From assembly GCA_031549925.1 (NCBI GenBank), contig JAVBPA010000001.1:21187-85186 (forward strand): a DNA stretch of 64,000 bases, written 5' to 3'. The translations under genes and the position numbers were made by a program. A model generated the notes under the pieces. It saw only the letters and a list, made by a program, of their open reading frames with translations, had not been told where the DNA came from and made no database searches. Shown here piece after piece: positions 49,672 to 59,046 of the stretch. The stretch's first letter is position 1; each line of letters starts with the position of its first letter. The DNA comes from Eubacteriales bacterium. Its GTDB lineage: Bacteria; Bacillota; Clostridia; Oscillospirales; CAG-272.

Positions 49672-50097
49672 TTATTGTTGTGTGGTATCTGGTGTCAAAT
49701 AAAGACTTATATCTATTTCTTCCGCGTCATTCCACAATTTTTCCAAGTTATAAAAACGCCGTGTTTCGCTGTTGAAAATATGAACAATAACGCTTGAAAA
49801 ATCAAGGAGAATCCAAGTGGCGTCGTTAAGCCCTTCTTTATGATAAGCAGCAATTCCTTCTTCACCGAGTTTTACATCGAGTTCGTCAGCCAAAGCTTTT
49901 ATTTGAGTTTTGGAATTTCCCGTACATATTAAAAAGTAATCGCTCAATACCGTTTTTTCTTCAACGCGAAGCAATCTGATATTATGCGCCTTTTTAGCAT
50001 CTAAAATTTTTATCATTTTTTTTGCTATCTCAATTGAAGGCAAATATCCTATGGGATCTGTTTTTTCGTTTGCTGTTTCTAACTTTATTTCTTCCAT
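49672..50097 (-). CDS. rsfS: Ribosome silencing factor RsfS (iojap family)
   Basis: LLRVEEKTVLSDYFLICTGNSKTQIKALADEL..WILLDFSSVIVHIF is typical of RsfS. Confidence 0.85.
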   Translation of the reverse strand: MEEIKLETANEKTDPIGYLPSIEIAKKMIKILDAKKAHNIRLLRVEEKTVLSDYFLICTGNSKTQIKALADELDVKLGEEGIAAYHKEGLNDATWILLDFSSVIVHIFNSETRRFYNLEKLWNDAEEIDISLYLTPDTTQQ

Positions 50098-50250
50098 CTA
50101 TTAATCCTTTTTTGTATATTAAAATTCCTGCGGAACATGTTTTATAAAATTATATCCAAATGAAAAGAAATAATTTATAATAATGTAAAAGCGGTTTCAG
50201 AAAATCAAAATATTTTTGAAAATCTATTTATTCCGCAGGAGAGATATTGA

Positions 50251-50330
50251 ATAAAAACAGAGAATAGCGACGAGCGAAACCGCGCCGGCCGCGCAAGCTT
50301 ACTTATCGCTATTCGTTTCGTTTTTGTTTT
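50251..50330. terminator. Long stem-loop with a GC-rich interior downstream of rplT
   Basis: Stem gaatagcga/tcgctattc (50262-50314) encloses cgcgccggccgcgc. T-runs follow it on both strands. Confidence 0.5.
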
Positions 50331-50344
50331 GGGAAACAGTATGT

Positions 50345-50698
50345 TTAAAGCGCGGCTTTTGCTTTTGATACGAGCGCTGCAAAAGCATCTTTATCCGAAA
50401 CCGCAAGCTCAGCCAGCATTTTACGGTTGAGTGTAATCCCTGCTATTTTTAAACCATGCATAAACTTTGAATAATTTATACCGCAAACTTTAGCTTGTGC
50501 GGAAATACGGGTTATCCAAAGAGAACGGAAGTTTCTCTTTTTTAATTTTCTGCCGATAAAAGCGTAGTTTCCGCTTTTCATTACGGCTTGTTTAGCCATT
50601 TTAAAATGTTTGCTTTTTGAACCCCAATATCCTTTTGCGGCTTTTAGTATCTTATTGCGTCTCTTGCGAGTCATTACAGCTCTTTTAATTCTTGCCAT
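50345..50698 (-). CDS. rplT: 50S ribosomal protein L20
   Basis: [26 protein letters not shown] is the canonical L20 N-terminus. Confidence 0.95.
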   Translation of the reverse strand: MARIKRAVMTRKRRNKILKAAKGYWGSKSKHFKMAKQAVMKSGNYAFIGRKLKKRNFRSLWITRISAQAKVCGINYSKFMHGLKIAGITLNRKMLAELAVSDKDAFAALVSKAKAAL

Positions 50699-50741
50699 TT
50701 TTAAATCTCCTCGAATAATCTTTCTGTTTTAAAAGCCGCTT

Positions 50742-50939
50742 TTAGGCATTCGGCATCATGCTTCTTACGGTGGGAGCCATAGATTCGCTTAAATAACCGG
50801 CTTTTCTTAAATTTCTTTTGCGTTTCGGTGTTTTAAGACCTAAATTATGGCGGCGGTGCGAGTGACTTAATTTAACATTTCCGCTTTTCGTTAATGTAAA
50901 ACGTTTAGCGGTTGCTTTGTGTGTTTTGATTTTTCCCAT
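50742..50939 (-). CDS. rpmI: 50S ribosomal protein L35
   Basis: MGKIKTHKATAKRF.. Start set at ATG 50939, 4 nt after GGAGGA. Confidence 0.9.
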   Translation of the reverse strand: MGKIKTHKATAKRFTLTKSGNVKLSHSHRRHNLGLKTPKRKRNLRKAGYLSESMAPTVRSMMPNA

Positions 50940-51322
50940 GATATCCTCCATGAAAATAATGTTATTTGTGCGGCAGTGTTTTTGCTTTGCGAATCAATTT
51001 ATTTATACGGTTGTACGTTGTATTTTGCTCTGCGGATAATTTTTTCACAGTTAATATAATTACAGTAGAACAACTTTAAAAAAAAAATATTAAATATGAT
51101 CATGTTTATTAAAATATAAAAATGAATTTGAATCTAAGATTTTATTTGATGCTATTTGTTTAAATTATTTCAAAGTTGTTTTATATATTTTATACTGTAA
51201 GTTATAACTCACAGCGCAATTTTTACAAACAGCCGGAATAAAACTTAAAATAAAATATACGCACACCCAAAAGACCGTATTATAAAACGGTGCAAAAAAA
51301 TTCAATGAAATATAAAATGAAA

Positions 51323-51973
51323 TTATTTTTCCGGATTTTCTTTTTGCGTTTCTTTTTCGGGTATATTTTGAGTTTCTTCGGAAGGCTTCGGAGCAGGTGC
51401 AGTTTTTACTGCGGGAGTTCCCTTATCAGCGGTTTGTTTTTGCGGAGCTAAAAATGTTGTAAGGGTTCTGCCTTCAAGCAAAGGTGCTTTATCCTGTACG
51501 CTTATGTCGGCACAAATTTCTGTAAAACGCGCCAGTAATTCGCGTCCGCTTTCCATATGGCTCATTTGTCTGCCTCTAAATTTTACCAATACCTTAACTT
51601 TATCTCCGTTTTGCAAAAAACGGCGTGCGTGATTTACTTTTGTGTTAAAATCGTTTGTATCGATATGGCAGCTTAATTGTATTTCTTTTATTTCAGAAAT
51701 CTGCTGTTTCTTTTTAGCTTCCTTATCTTTTTTGTCGCGTTCAAATCGGAAACGTCCATAGTCTATTATTTTACAAACAGGCGGTTCTGACTGAGGAGCT
51801 ATTAAAACAAGATCCAATTCACGGTCATAAGCGGCCTTTTGCGCGTTTGCGAGCGAAAGCAAACCCAGCTGCTCGCCTTCCGGTCCGATAACCCGGACTA
51901 CTTTTGTTTGGGTAAAACCCAGTGTACGAATTTCTTCATTGATGTAATGTTCTTTTGCGGAATCTTTCTTTAT
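51323..51973 (-). CDS. infC: Translation initiation factor IF-3 with a non-ATG (ATA) start and a K/E/P-rich C-terminal tail
   Basis: The reading frame stays open and IF3-like upstream of the track's start (..HYINEEIRTLGFTQTKVVRVIGPEGEQLGLLSLANAQKAAYD). There is no in-frame ATG. In-frame ATA codons lie at 51973 and 51979, and GGGGGTG sits 7 nt before 51973. Confidence 0.85.
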   Translation of the reverse strand: MKKDSAKEHYINEEIRTLGFTQTKVVRVIGPEGEQLGLLSLANAQKAAYDRELDLVLIAPQSEPPVCKIIDYGRFRFERDKKDKEAKKKQQISEIKEIQLSCHIDTNDFNTKVNHARRFLQNGDKVKVLVKFRGRQMSHMESGRELLARFTEICADISVQDKAPLLEGRTLTTFLAPQKQTADKGTPAVKTAPAPKPSEETQNIPEKETQKENPEK

Positions 51974-51979
51974 TGGTAT

Positions 51980-52140
51980 ACACCCCCGTAAAAAATTATG
52001 AAAAAAAATAAACGGAGCAATGCTCCGTTCGACAAATCAACCATGTAACACGCAAAAAAACGATGCGTATTAAGTAATTAATATTGACCCGTGCGATAAA
52101 AAAACACACAAGGTGAGAACGGATGTTCTGCTTAAAATAC
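51980..52140 (-). promoter_or_regulatory. infC leader with a terminator/attenuator hairpin (candidate L20-responsive leader)
   Basis: On the minus strand, aacggagcattgctccgtt (52011-52029) is followed by tatttttttt, immediately upstream of the infC RBS. A second hairpin, acgca..tgcgt, lies at 52050-52068. Confidence 0.45.
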
Positions 52141-52289
52141 CATGACAGTATATCACATAATATATAATTTTGTCAATACATTTTAAAAAAGTTATTATTT
52201 GTTTTATGTACATTTTTTATTTCACAAAATATTTATTATTATTTATCATTTGCTAATATTATATATAGTATGATTTTATATTTTTATAT

Positions 52290-52318
52290 TTGACAAAATG
52301 AGCAATATATGATAATAT
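52290..52318 (+). promoter_or_regulatory. Consensus sigma-A promoter of the sigma-LRR fusion gene
   Basis: TTGACA (52290-52295), a 17-nt spacer, then TGaTAATAT (-10 at 52313-52318). Confidence 0.55.
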
Positions 52319-52364
52319 CAAATATAATCTTATACGCGGAAATTAAAAAAAGGTCAGGTATATT

Positions 52365-54254
52365 ATGAATATTACAGAGACCATATTAAAGGCAAGGGAA
52401 GGCGATTCGGACGCTGTTGCCGCGTTATTTAACGAATATAAAAACGATGTATATTATCTTGGAAGAAAAATTATAGGGAATGACCGTGACGCGGATAATA
52501 TATTACAATACAGTTATTTTCAAGCTTTCCATAAACTTGGCGTACTTCGGAATCCGGAAAATTTTAAAGTATGGCTTTATATTATAGCGGCAAACCGCTG
52601 CCGCTTTTTGATGCATGAAAAAAATCCTTCATTGTTTCCTCCGCCTGAATCAGGTAAAAAAATACCGCGGGCGAATTACGATATCAAAAACGATATGGAT
52701 ATCCCCTCTGTCGCAGCTGACGATGTTGAAGCCAGAAACGCAATAAGTTCACTTGTTGATAAGCTTCATCCGATGCTGCGTACCGCTGTTATGCTTTATT
52801 TTTATTGCGGGCTTAATTTCGGGCAGACAGCAAAAATAATGAACTGTAATGAATCGGCTGTAAAATATTTTTTAGCCCGTGCTACGGGACAATTAAATAA
52901 CGAAATAAATTCTCTTGTCACAGCCGTACCTTCTCTTGTTTCATATTCTGGAATGGAAGAAATCGGAATTATATTAAGACGTGCTTGTTATGATTTTAAT
53001 TTATCCGATTCTTTGTGTGATGAAATAATTAATACTTCGGTGACACTTGCACTTTCATCGGCTGTTTCACGTGAGGAAAAAGAAAATATTCCTTCCGAAA
53101 ATGACCAAATAAAAGATTATGGCCAAGATATTAAAATTAATTTGGAAGATGAAATTCCGAGCAATACAGAAAAAAAAGCCGCTATCCGCAATATAATTAT
53201 GATTACTGCGGTTATACTTATAGCGGCGGCAATAGTTATCGGATCTGTTTTTGCGATAAAGAATGTAATAAATACCGACAGCGGAATAAAAAGCACCGAT
53301 AAAAACACGGAAAATGAAAAAAATTCGGATTCGCTTGAGTCCGAAAACGATACATCGTCTAGCGAAGCGGCAAGCTCGGATACAACCGATACTACAGCTG
53401 AATCCGAAAGCCAAACAACAGCCAAAGAAACCGAAACTGAATCCGATATGACAACAAAACCGGAAGAGACAACAACAGAAGCTGCTGAAACAACCGTTCC
53501 CGCAGAAACACAACCTCAGAATACAATGACGGCAGAAGAAATTACATATTCTTTTGATGTTCAGCTAGCGGATAATGCGGTTACTATAACAAAATACAAA
53601 GGCGAAGCTAAAGAAGTTGACATTCCATCAATGATTCAGGGAAAACCGGTAACCGCTATAGGCTGGAAAGCTTTTGATAAGAGTTCAAGTATAGTAAGTG
53701 TTATAATTCCGGAAACTGTTACTGACATAAAAGGATATGCGTTCAGTGAATGTGAATCGCTTGTTATGGTATCGCTTCCTTCTTCCCTTGTAAATATTGA
53801 CGCTTACGCTTTTTATAAATGTAAAAACCTTACTAATATAAAAATTCCGAACGGAGTTAAGTCGGTAGGAGCTTCCGCTTTTTCCGAAACAGGCTGGCTC
53901 ATTTCACAGAAAAACGCTTATATTATCGGCGGAGACGGTATTTTAATAAGATATAACGGTGCTGATGTAAATACAACCGTTCCCGAAAGCGTTAAAAAAA
54001 TCAGCAATGCGTTTTATTATCACAGTAAATTACAAAAAGTAATCATACAACCCGGAGTCACAGAATTAGGCGTTTATTCATTTGCTTCCTGTCCCGCTTT
54101 GATTTCGGTTTCGATTCCGGAGAGCGTTACAAGTATTGATAAAGACGCGATATATAATTGCCCAGCGCTCACGGAAATAAGAGTAACGGAAGGTTCGTTT
54201 GCTGATTCTTGGTGCCGTGATAACGGATACGAAGCCGCAATTGTCTATAATTAA
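52365..54254 (+). CDS. Sigma-70/ECF-like factor fused to one TM helix, a T/E/S-rich linker and a BspA-type leucine-rich-repeat domain
   Basis: Region 2-like YYLGRKIIGNDRDADNILQYSYFQAF..FKVWLYIIAANRCRFL. Region 4-like HPMLRTAVMLYFYCGLNFGQTAKIMNCNESAVKYFLARA. TM helix IIMITAVILIAAAIVIGSVFAI. LRR units such as IPETVTDIKGYAFSECESLVMVSLPSSLVNIDAYAFYKCKNLTNIKIP. Confidence 0.7.
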   Translation: MNITETILKAREGDSDAVAALFNEYKNDVYYLGRKIIGNDRDADNILQYSYFQAFHKLGVLRNPENFKVWLYIIAANRCRFLMHEKNPSLFPPPESGKKIPRANYDIKNDMDIPSVAADDVEARNAISSLVDKLHPMLRTAVMLYFYCGLNFGQTAKIMNCNESAVKYFLARATGQLNNEINSLVTAVPSLVSYSGMEEIGIILRRACYDFNLSDSLCDEIINTSVTLALSSAVSREEKENIPSENDQIKDYGQDIKINLEDEIPSNTEKKAAIRNIIMITAVILIAAAIVIGSVFAIKNVINTDSGIKSTDKNTENEKNSDSLESENDTSSSEAASSDTTDTTAESESQTTAKETETESDMTTKPEETTTEAAETTVPAETQPQNTMTAEEITYSFDVQLADNAVTITKYKGEAKEVDIPSMIQGKPVTAIGWKAFDKSSSIVSVIIPETVTDIKGYAFSECESLVMVSLPSSLVNIDAYAFYKCKNLTNIKIPNGVKSVGASAFSETGWLISQKNAYIIGGDGILIRYNGADVNTTVPESVKKISNAFYYHSKLQKVIIQPGVTELGVYSFASCPALISVSIPESVTSIDKDAIYNCPALTEIRVTEGSFADSWCRDNGYEAAIVYN

Positions 54255-54349
54255 AAATTTTTACATCCGGTAACCCATTCGGTTATTTTGAAAATATAAT
54301 ATTCTTAAAAAGATACAAAAGAAAAAAGGATTAAACTGTTAAAATATTT

Positions 54350-55984
54350 ATGCCAATTACCGATATATTAATAAAAAACGCCTCTCTTTTCGGAGATGAT
54401 ATCAGTCTGGTTGAAGTAAATCCTGAAATGCGTGAAAAACGAGCACTTACATGGAATGAATATGATTTAGTTGAAACGATTCCGGCACACCATTACCGCC
54501 GTGAAATAACCTGGGCTTCTTTTAACCGCAAGTCTAACCGTTTTGCAAATATGCTTCTCTCCCGCGGAATAGGAAAAGGACAAAAAGTTGCTATATTATT
54601 GATGAACTGTTTGGAATGGCTTCCGATTTATTTCGGGATATTAAAATCCGGAGCTGTCGCTGTTCCGATGAATTACCGTTACAGCGCGGATGAAATAAAA
54701 TATTGTTTAGAGCTTGCCGAATGCGACGCTTTGATTTTCGGACTCGAATTTATCGGACGTGTAGAAGCTGTTATAAATACAATCCCCCGCTGCAGTGAGG
54801 TATTGTATGTAGGAGCTGACTGCCCGGCTTTTGCCGAAAGCTATGACTTGTTATCAAAGCGTTTTTCAAACGAAGAGCCGGAAATAGAATTAAATGACAG
54901 CGAAGACGCCGCGATATATTTTTCATCGGGAACAACAGGATTTCCCAAAGCTATTCTCCATACTCATTTAGCATTGGTTTCATCTTGTATAACAGAAAAT
55001 AAACATCACAGACAAACAAAAGATGAAAGTTTTTTATGTATTCCCCCGCTTTATCATACGGGCGCGAAAATGCATTGGTTCGGTACATTTTTAGTAGGAG
55101 GACGCGCTGTTATACTTCGAGGGATCAAACCCGAATGGATTATCAGGACTATATCGGAAGAGAATATTAATGTCGTTTTTCTGCTCGTTCCGTGGGCGCA
55201 GGATATACTTGATTCAATCGAAAACGGAAGCATAAATCTTTTAGAATATAAACTTTCTCAATGGAGACTTATGCACATAGGCGCTCAGCCTGTTCCTCCG
55301 AGTCTTATTAAAAGATGGAATAAAATTTTCCCCTCTCATCAGTATGATATAAATTACGGCTTAACCGAATCTATAGGACCCGGTTGTGTTCATCTTGGTA
55401 TAGAAAATACCGAAAAATTCGGTACAATCGGTATTCCCGGATATGGATGGGAAGTTAAAATAGTAGGCGAAAACAAAACAGAAGTAAAAGACGGAGATGT
55501 CGGCGAACTGGCGGTTTACGGATCCGGTGTTATGAAATGTTATTACCGCGATAAAAAAGCAACAGACGAAGTATTGCGCGACGGATGGCTTTATACCGGA
55601 GATATGGCTACACGCGACAGCGACGGATTTATTTATATGGTTGATCGTAAAAAAGATGTCATTATAACAGGCGGAGAAAATTTATATCCGGTACAAATAG
55701 AAGATTTTTTAAGAACTAACGATCATATAAAAGATGCCGCTGTTATAGGGCTTCCCGATAAGAGACTTGGGGAAATTGCCGCCGCTATAATTGAATTGAA
55801 AGACGGATGTTTTGAAACGGAAGAAGATATAAATAAATTTTGTCTCGGACTTCCGAAATACAAGAGACCGCGTAAAATAATTTTCGATAAAGTGCCGCGC
55901 AATCCTACGGGGAAAATTGAAAAGCCTAAATTACGTAAAATTTATTGCACCGAAGGATTGATTGAAGCGCAGCTTAAAAATTAA
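54350..55984 (+). CDS. AMP-dependent acyl-CoA synthetase/ligase
   Basis: AMP-binding motif YFSSGTTGFPKA, YHTGA, GWLYTGD, and the C-terminal PRNPTGKIEK lysine. Confidence 0.85.
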   Translation: MPITDILIKNASLFGDDISLVEVNPEMREKRALTWNEYDLVETIPAHHYRREITWASFNRKSNRFANMLLSRGIGKGQKVAILLMNCLEWLPIYFGILKSGAVAVPMNYRYSADEIKYCLELAECDALIFGLEFIGRVEAVINTIPRCSEVLYVGADCPAFAESYDLLSKRFSNEEPEIELNDSEDAAIYFSSGTTGFPKAILHTHLALVSSCITENKHHRQTKDESFLCIPPLYHTGAKMHWFGTFLVGGRAVILRGIKPEWIIRTISEENINVVFLLVPWAQDILDSIENGSINLLEYKLSQWRLMHIGAQPVPPSLIKRWNKIFPSHQYDINYGLTESIGPGCVHLGIENTEKFGTIGIPGYGWEVKIVGENKTEVKDGDVGELAVYGSGVMKCYYRDKKATDEVLRDGWLYTGDMATRDSDGFIYMVDRKKDVIITGGENLYPVQIEDFLRTNDHIKDAAVIGLPDKRLGEIAAAIIELKDGCFETEEDINKFCLGLPKYKRPRKIIFDKVPRNPTGKIEKPKLRKIYCTEGLIEAQLKN

Positions 55985-56001
55985 AAATATGAGGTATTTT
56001 T

Positions 56002-57051
56002 ATGATACGGATAGGAGTAATCGGAGTTGGGAATATATCCAGATCGGTTCATATTCCGTCCCTTGCAAAACTTCCGGATGTTTTAATATCTGCCGTTTGT
56101 GATACAAATCCGGATTTGTTAACGCAATGCGCGGAAAAATATAATATAAATGAATCCAAACGGTTTACAGATTACTCCGAACTCATTAATTCTTCCGATG
56201 TTGACGCCGTAACCATAGTAACACCTAATAATAAACATGTTGATATAGCGATGGAGGCAATTCGTGCAAAAAAATCTTTTTGTGTGGAAAAACCTCTCGG
56301 GATTAATTGCTGTGAAACTCAAAAATTGATCGATTTTCACAAAAAAAATCCGGTTCCCAATATGGTTTGTTTTTCATACAGGTTTAAAAGTGCCGCCAGA
56401 TATGCAAAACATTTAATTCAATCAGGTTCTCTGGGAAAAATTTTTCATGTGTATGTACAATATTTTCAAAGCTGGGGCAACAGCGATTGCCCTCGGGTTT
56501 GGAGATTTTCAAAAGAAGAAGCCGGATCGGGTTCCCTTGCTGATTTGGGTTCGCATATGATAGATATGGCGAGATTTCTTACGGGGGAGGAATATGTTTC
56601 AGTAACAGCTGACAACGGAACTATTAAAGATAAAAGAAAAGCCGTACCCTCTTCATACGACGGTGAAACAGCACCGGTTGATGTGGATGATTATTCGCAT
56701 TTTTGCGCGAAAATGACCGGAGGAATTTCCGCTGTTTTTAATATAACAAGATTTGCATGGGGTTATGCCAATTATCAGCGCATTGAAGTTTACGGAGAAC
56801 GCGGAGGTTTAATTTACGGGCATACGGCCGATGATGTTCCCGCTACCCTTGATATTTTTAGTGAAGGTAAATATCAACGGGCTGAAATACCGCTTGAATT
56901 TGAATCTGATCAAATGGAAACCTTTGTTTTTGTAACAAAGGGCGGCGAAAGAAACGGCTCGGCTGACATTTATGACGGCCACACAGCGCAAATTATACTC
57001 GATGCTGTAATTGAATCGGATGAAACCGGCAAAAGAATAGATTTAATTTAA
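56002..57051 (+). CDS. Gfo/Idh/MocA-family oxidoreductase
   Basis: IRIGVIGVGNISRSVHIPSL Rossmann segment, CVEKPL motif and a GAGGT RBS. Confidence 0.8.
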   Translation: MIRIGVIGVGNISRSVHIPSLAKLPDVLISAVCDTNPDLLTQCAEKYNINESKRFTDYSELINSSDVDAVTIVTPNNKHVDIAMEAIRAKKSFCVEKPLGINCCETQKLIDFHKKNPVPNMVCFSYRFKSAARYAKHLIQSGSLGKIFHVYVQYFQSWGNSDCPRVWRFSKEEAGSGSLADLGSHMIDMARFLTGEEYVSVTADNGTIKDKRKAVPSSYDGETAPVDVDDYSHFCAKMTGGISAVFNITRFAWGYANYQRIEVYGERGGLIYGHTADDVPATLDIFSEGKYQRAEIPLEFESDQMETFVFVTKGGERNGSADIYDGHTAQIILDAVIESDETGKRIDLI

Positions 57052-57064
57052 TAAGGAAAAATAT

Positions 57065-57113
57065 GAGCGGAGATAAGCTTTTTGGAGCTGCACTCCGCTC
57101 GCGTTGATTTTTT
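57065..57113 (+). terminator. Terminator-like hairpin
   Basis: Hairpin gagcggag/ctccgctc followed by gcgttgatttttt. Confidence 0.5.
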
Positions 57114-57256
57114 ATAATTTGATTTTCAATATTCATTTTTTTCGTATTTGTTGATTTAAAATGTTCTGTCATATACAATATTGAAATACTGTTTAATTAA
57201 AAATCAATAACATAAAAAAACTAATAAATAAAATTACAAAAACAGGAAAACCAAAA

Positions 57257-59032
57257 ATGAGTTTGTATATTTTGATTTTGTGGCCCGCTTTCAGCGCATT
57301 GGCTATATATTTTATCTCGCGTATTAAAAACTTAAAAATTAAAGAAAACAATTTATACGAAACATTTGTCATTATTTCTGCGGCAACGGAATTATTGCTT
57401 GTTTCATTTTTAATAACCGAGAGAATAAATGTAATAAATCCATATTTTACAGCTTTCGGAGTTAGTTTTACATTTGAGGGATTAGGTTCGCTTTTTTGCG
57501 TAATAGCATCATCATCATGGTTGTTTGTTATTTTGTCCGGACGCAAATATATATCCAAAATCGCCAATCCGGAAAGATATTATTTCTTTTTAATGTTTAC
57601 GCTTTCGGCGGTTATAGGAATATTTTTATCTTCGGATTTTTTAACACTCTTCATTTTCTATGCAATTTTAACAATTGTATCGTATCCGCTCACTGTACAC
57701 AGCGGAAAGAGAATGGCTCTTTTATCATCGGCAGAATATTTTATTTCTTCGATTGCCGGCGGATTATTTATAGTTTTCGGAATGATTATAATATACAGGC
57801 AAATCGGTTCTCTTTTATATACAACGGTATTTACATTCTCGTCTTATACAGACAGCAGATATATTTTAATCGCAGGTATATGCATGCTTTTGGGTTTCGG
57901 AATAAAAACGGGTATTTACCCGTTGCATTTTTGGCTTCCCGGAGCATACAAGGAATCTGTTTCTCCTGTCGCAATACTTTTATCGGGAATAATTTCGAAA
58001 ACAGGACTTTTCGGCATTATATATATAACAGTTTTAATGTTCAAAAACAATGTAATATGGGGTAATATAATAACTGTTCTCGGTGTTATTACAATGATTT
58101 GGGGTGCTGTAAGAGCAATATTTTCATTTGACATAAAAAAAATGCTTGCTCATTCATCGATGTCTCAAATCGGTATAATTCTGTTGGGACTCGGCATATA
58201 TTCTTATTCTCCTTCTCCTTCATCTGCTGCGGGTGTTGTTCTTCATATGATAAATCATACTTTTATAGAGCTTTTGCTTTTCGGAATAGAAAGTGTTATT
58301 TATTATAATACAAATTCAAGTGATTTAAATGAAATTAAAGGTTTCGGCAGAGGAAAGATTTTTTTAAATGCTGTTTTTTTGTCCGCTATGCTTGGTATTT
58401 CCGGAATTCCTTTTTGGTGTAACTATATATCAAAAATATTGATACAGGAAAACATCTATCAAAAGGGCAATGTTATTATTGAAGGATTGTTTATTTTTTG
58501 CGGAGCTCTTACCGTGGCTTATATGTTAAAGCTTTATAATATAATATTTATGCACAGACCGGAAATCACAAACGAAATAAAATTCAAATCAGAAATAAAA
58601 AATTATATAACCCCACTTAACAGACTCCTATTATTTTTAGCGGCATCGATTTTGCCTGCTATAGGATTGTTTCCTAATAGTTTCACATTAATTTTGGTAA
58701 ATATATCACAAATTACTTTCCGTGTGGAGCAGCTAAAAAGCAGTTTTTATTTTTCAGGAGAATCACTTTTCAATGCGTTTATTTCTTTTTCCATAGGAGC
58801 TTTGATATATTTTGTTTTCGTGAAGCAATTCCTTTATAAAAATATAGGAATATATATACCGGAATTAAGAAATATATTGTACAGACCGTTGTTTTTATAC
58901 GGACTTCCTGTTATAATAGGTTCGTTGAGCCAGTTCCTTGATATTATATTTGATCCTGTAGAACTTTTTGGTTATATAAAAAGTTATAAATTGAATTTAA
59001 CAGACAAAAAACGTAAAAATGATAAAAAATAA
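57257..59032 (+). CDS. Proton-conducting membrane transporter family protein (NuoL/M/N - MrpA/D - HyfB type), orphan
   Basis: About 14 or more TM segments. YPLHFWLPGAYKESVSPVAILLSGIISKTGLFGI matches the conserved H-x-WLP-x-A..P..S region. MLAHSSMSQIG is also present. Confidence 0.7.
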   Translation: MSLYILILWPAFSALAIYFISRIKNLKIKENNLYETFVIISAATELLLVSFLITERINVINPYFTAFGVSFTFEGLGSLFCVIASSSWLFVILSGRKYISKIANPERYYFFLMFTLSAVIGIFLSSDFLTLFIFYAILTIVSYPLTVHSGKRMALLSSAEYFISSIAGGLFIVFGMIIIYRQIGSLLYTTVFTFSSYTDSRYILIAGICMLLGFGIKTGIYPLHFWLPGAYKESVSPVAILLSGIISKTGLFGIIYITVLMFKNNVIWGNIITVLGVITMIWGAVRAIFSFDIKKMLAHSSMSQIGIILLGLGIYSYSPSPSSAAGVVLHMINHTFIELLLFGIESVIYYNTNSSDLNEIKGFGRGKIFLNAVFLSAMLGISGIPFWCNYISKILIQENIYQKGNVIIEGLFIFCGALTVAYMLKLYNIIFMHRPEITNEIKFKSEIKNYITPLNRLLLFLAASILPAIGLFPNSFTLILVNISQITFRVEQLKSSFYFSGESLFNAFISFSIGALIYFVFVKQFLYKNIGIYIPELRNILYRPLFLYGLPVIIGSLSQFLDIIFDPVELFGYIKSYKLNLTDKKRKNDKK

Positions 59033-59046
59033 AAATGGAGGTTTTT

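Noticed and set aside
50126-50240. 10-nt inverted repeat tcctgcggaa / ttccgcagga bracketing 95 nt upstream of rsfS
   Set aside because: It is a single short pairing over a long AT-rich loop with no supporting structure. It could be chance, so it is not reported as a feature.
53067-53513. 148-aa and 102-aa antisense ORFs
   Set aside because: They are artefacts of the low-complexity T/E/S linker coding region of the sigma-LRR gene. The same explanation applies to 2935-3396, which is antisense to the T/E-rich protein gene.
57193-57567. 124-aa minus-strand ORF overlapping the start of the PF00361 gene, and the 189-aa alternative plus frame at 57496-58065
   Set aside because: Both lie inside a well-supported membrane-protein gene and are AT-rich frame artefacts.
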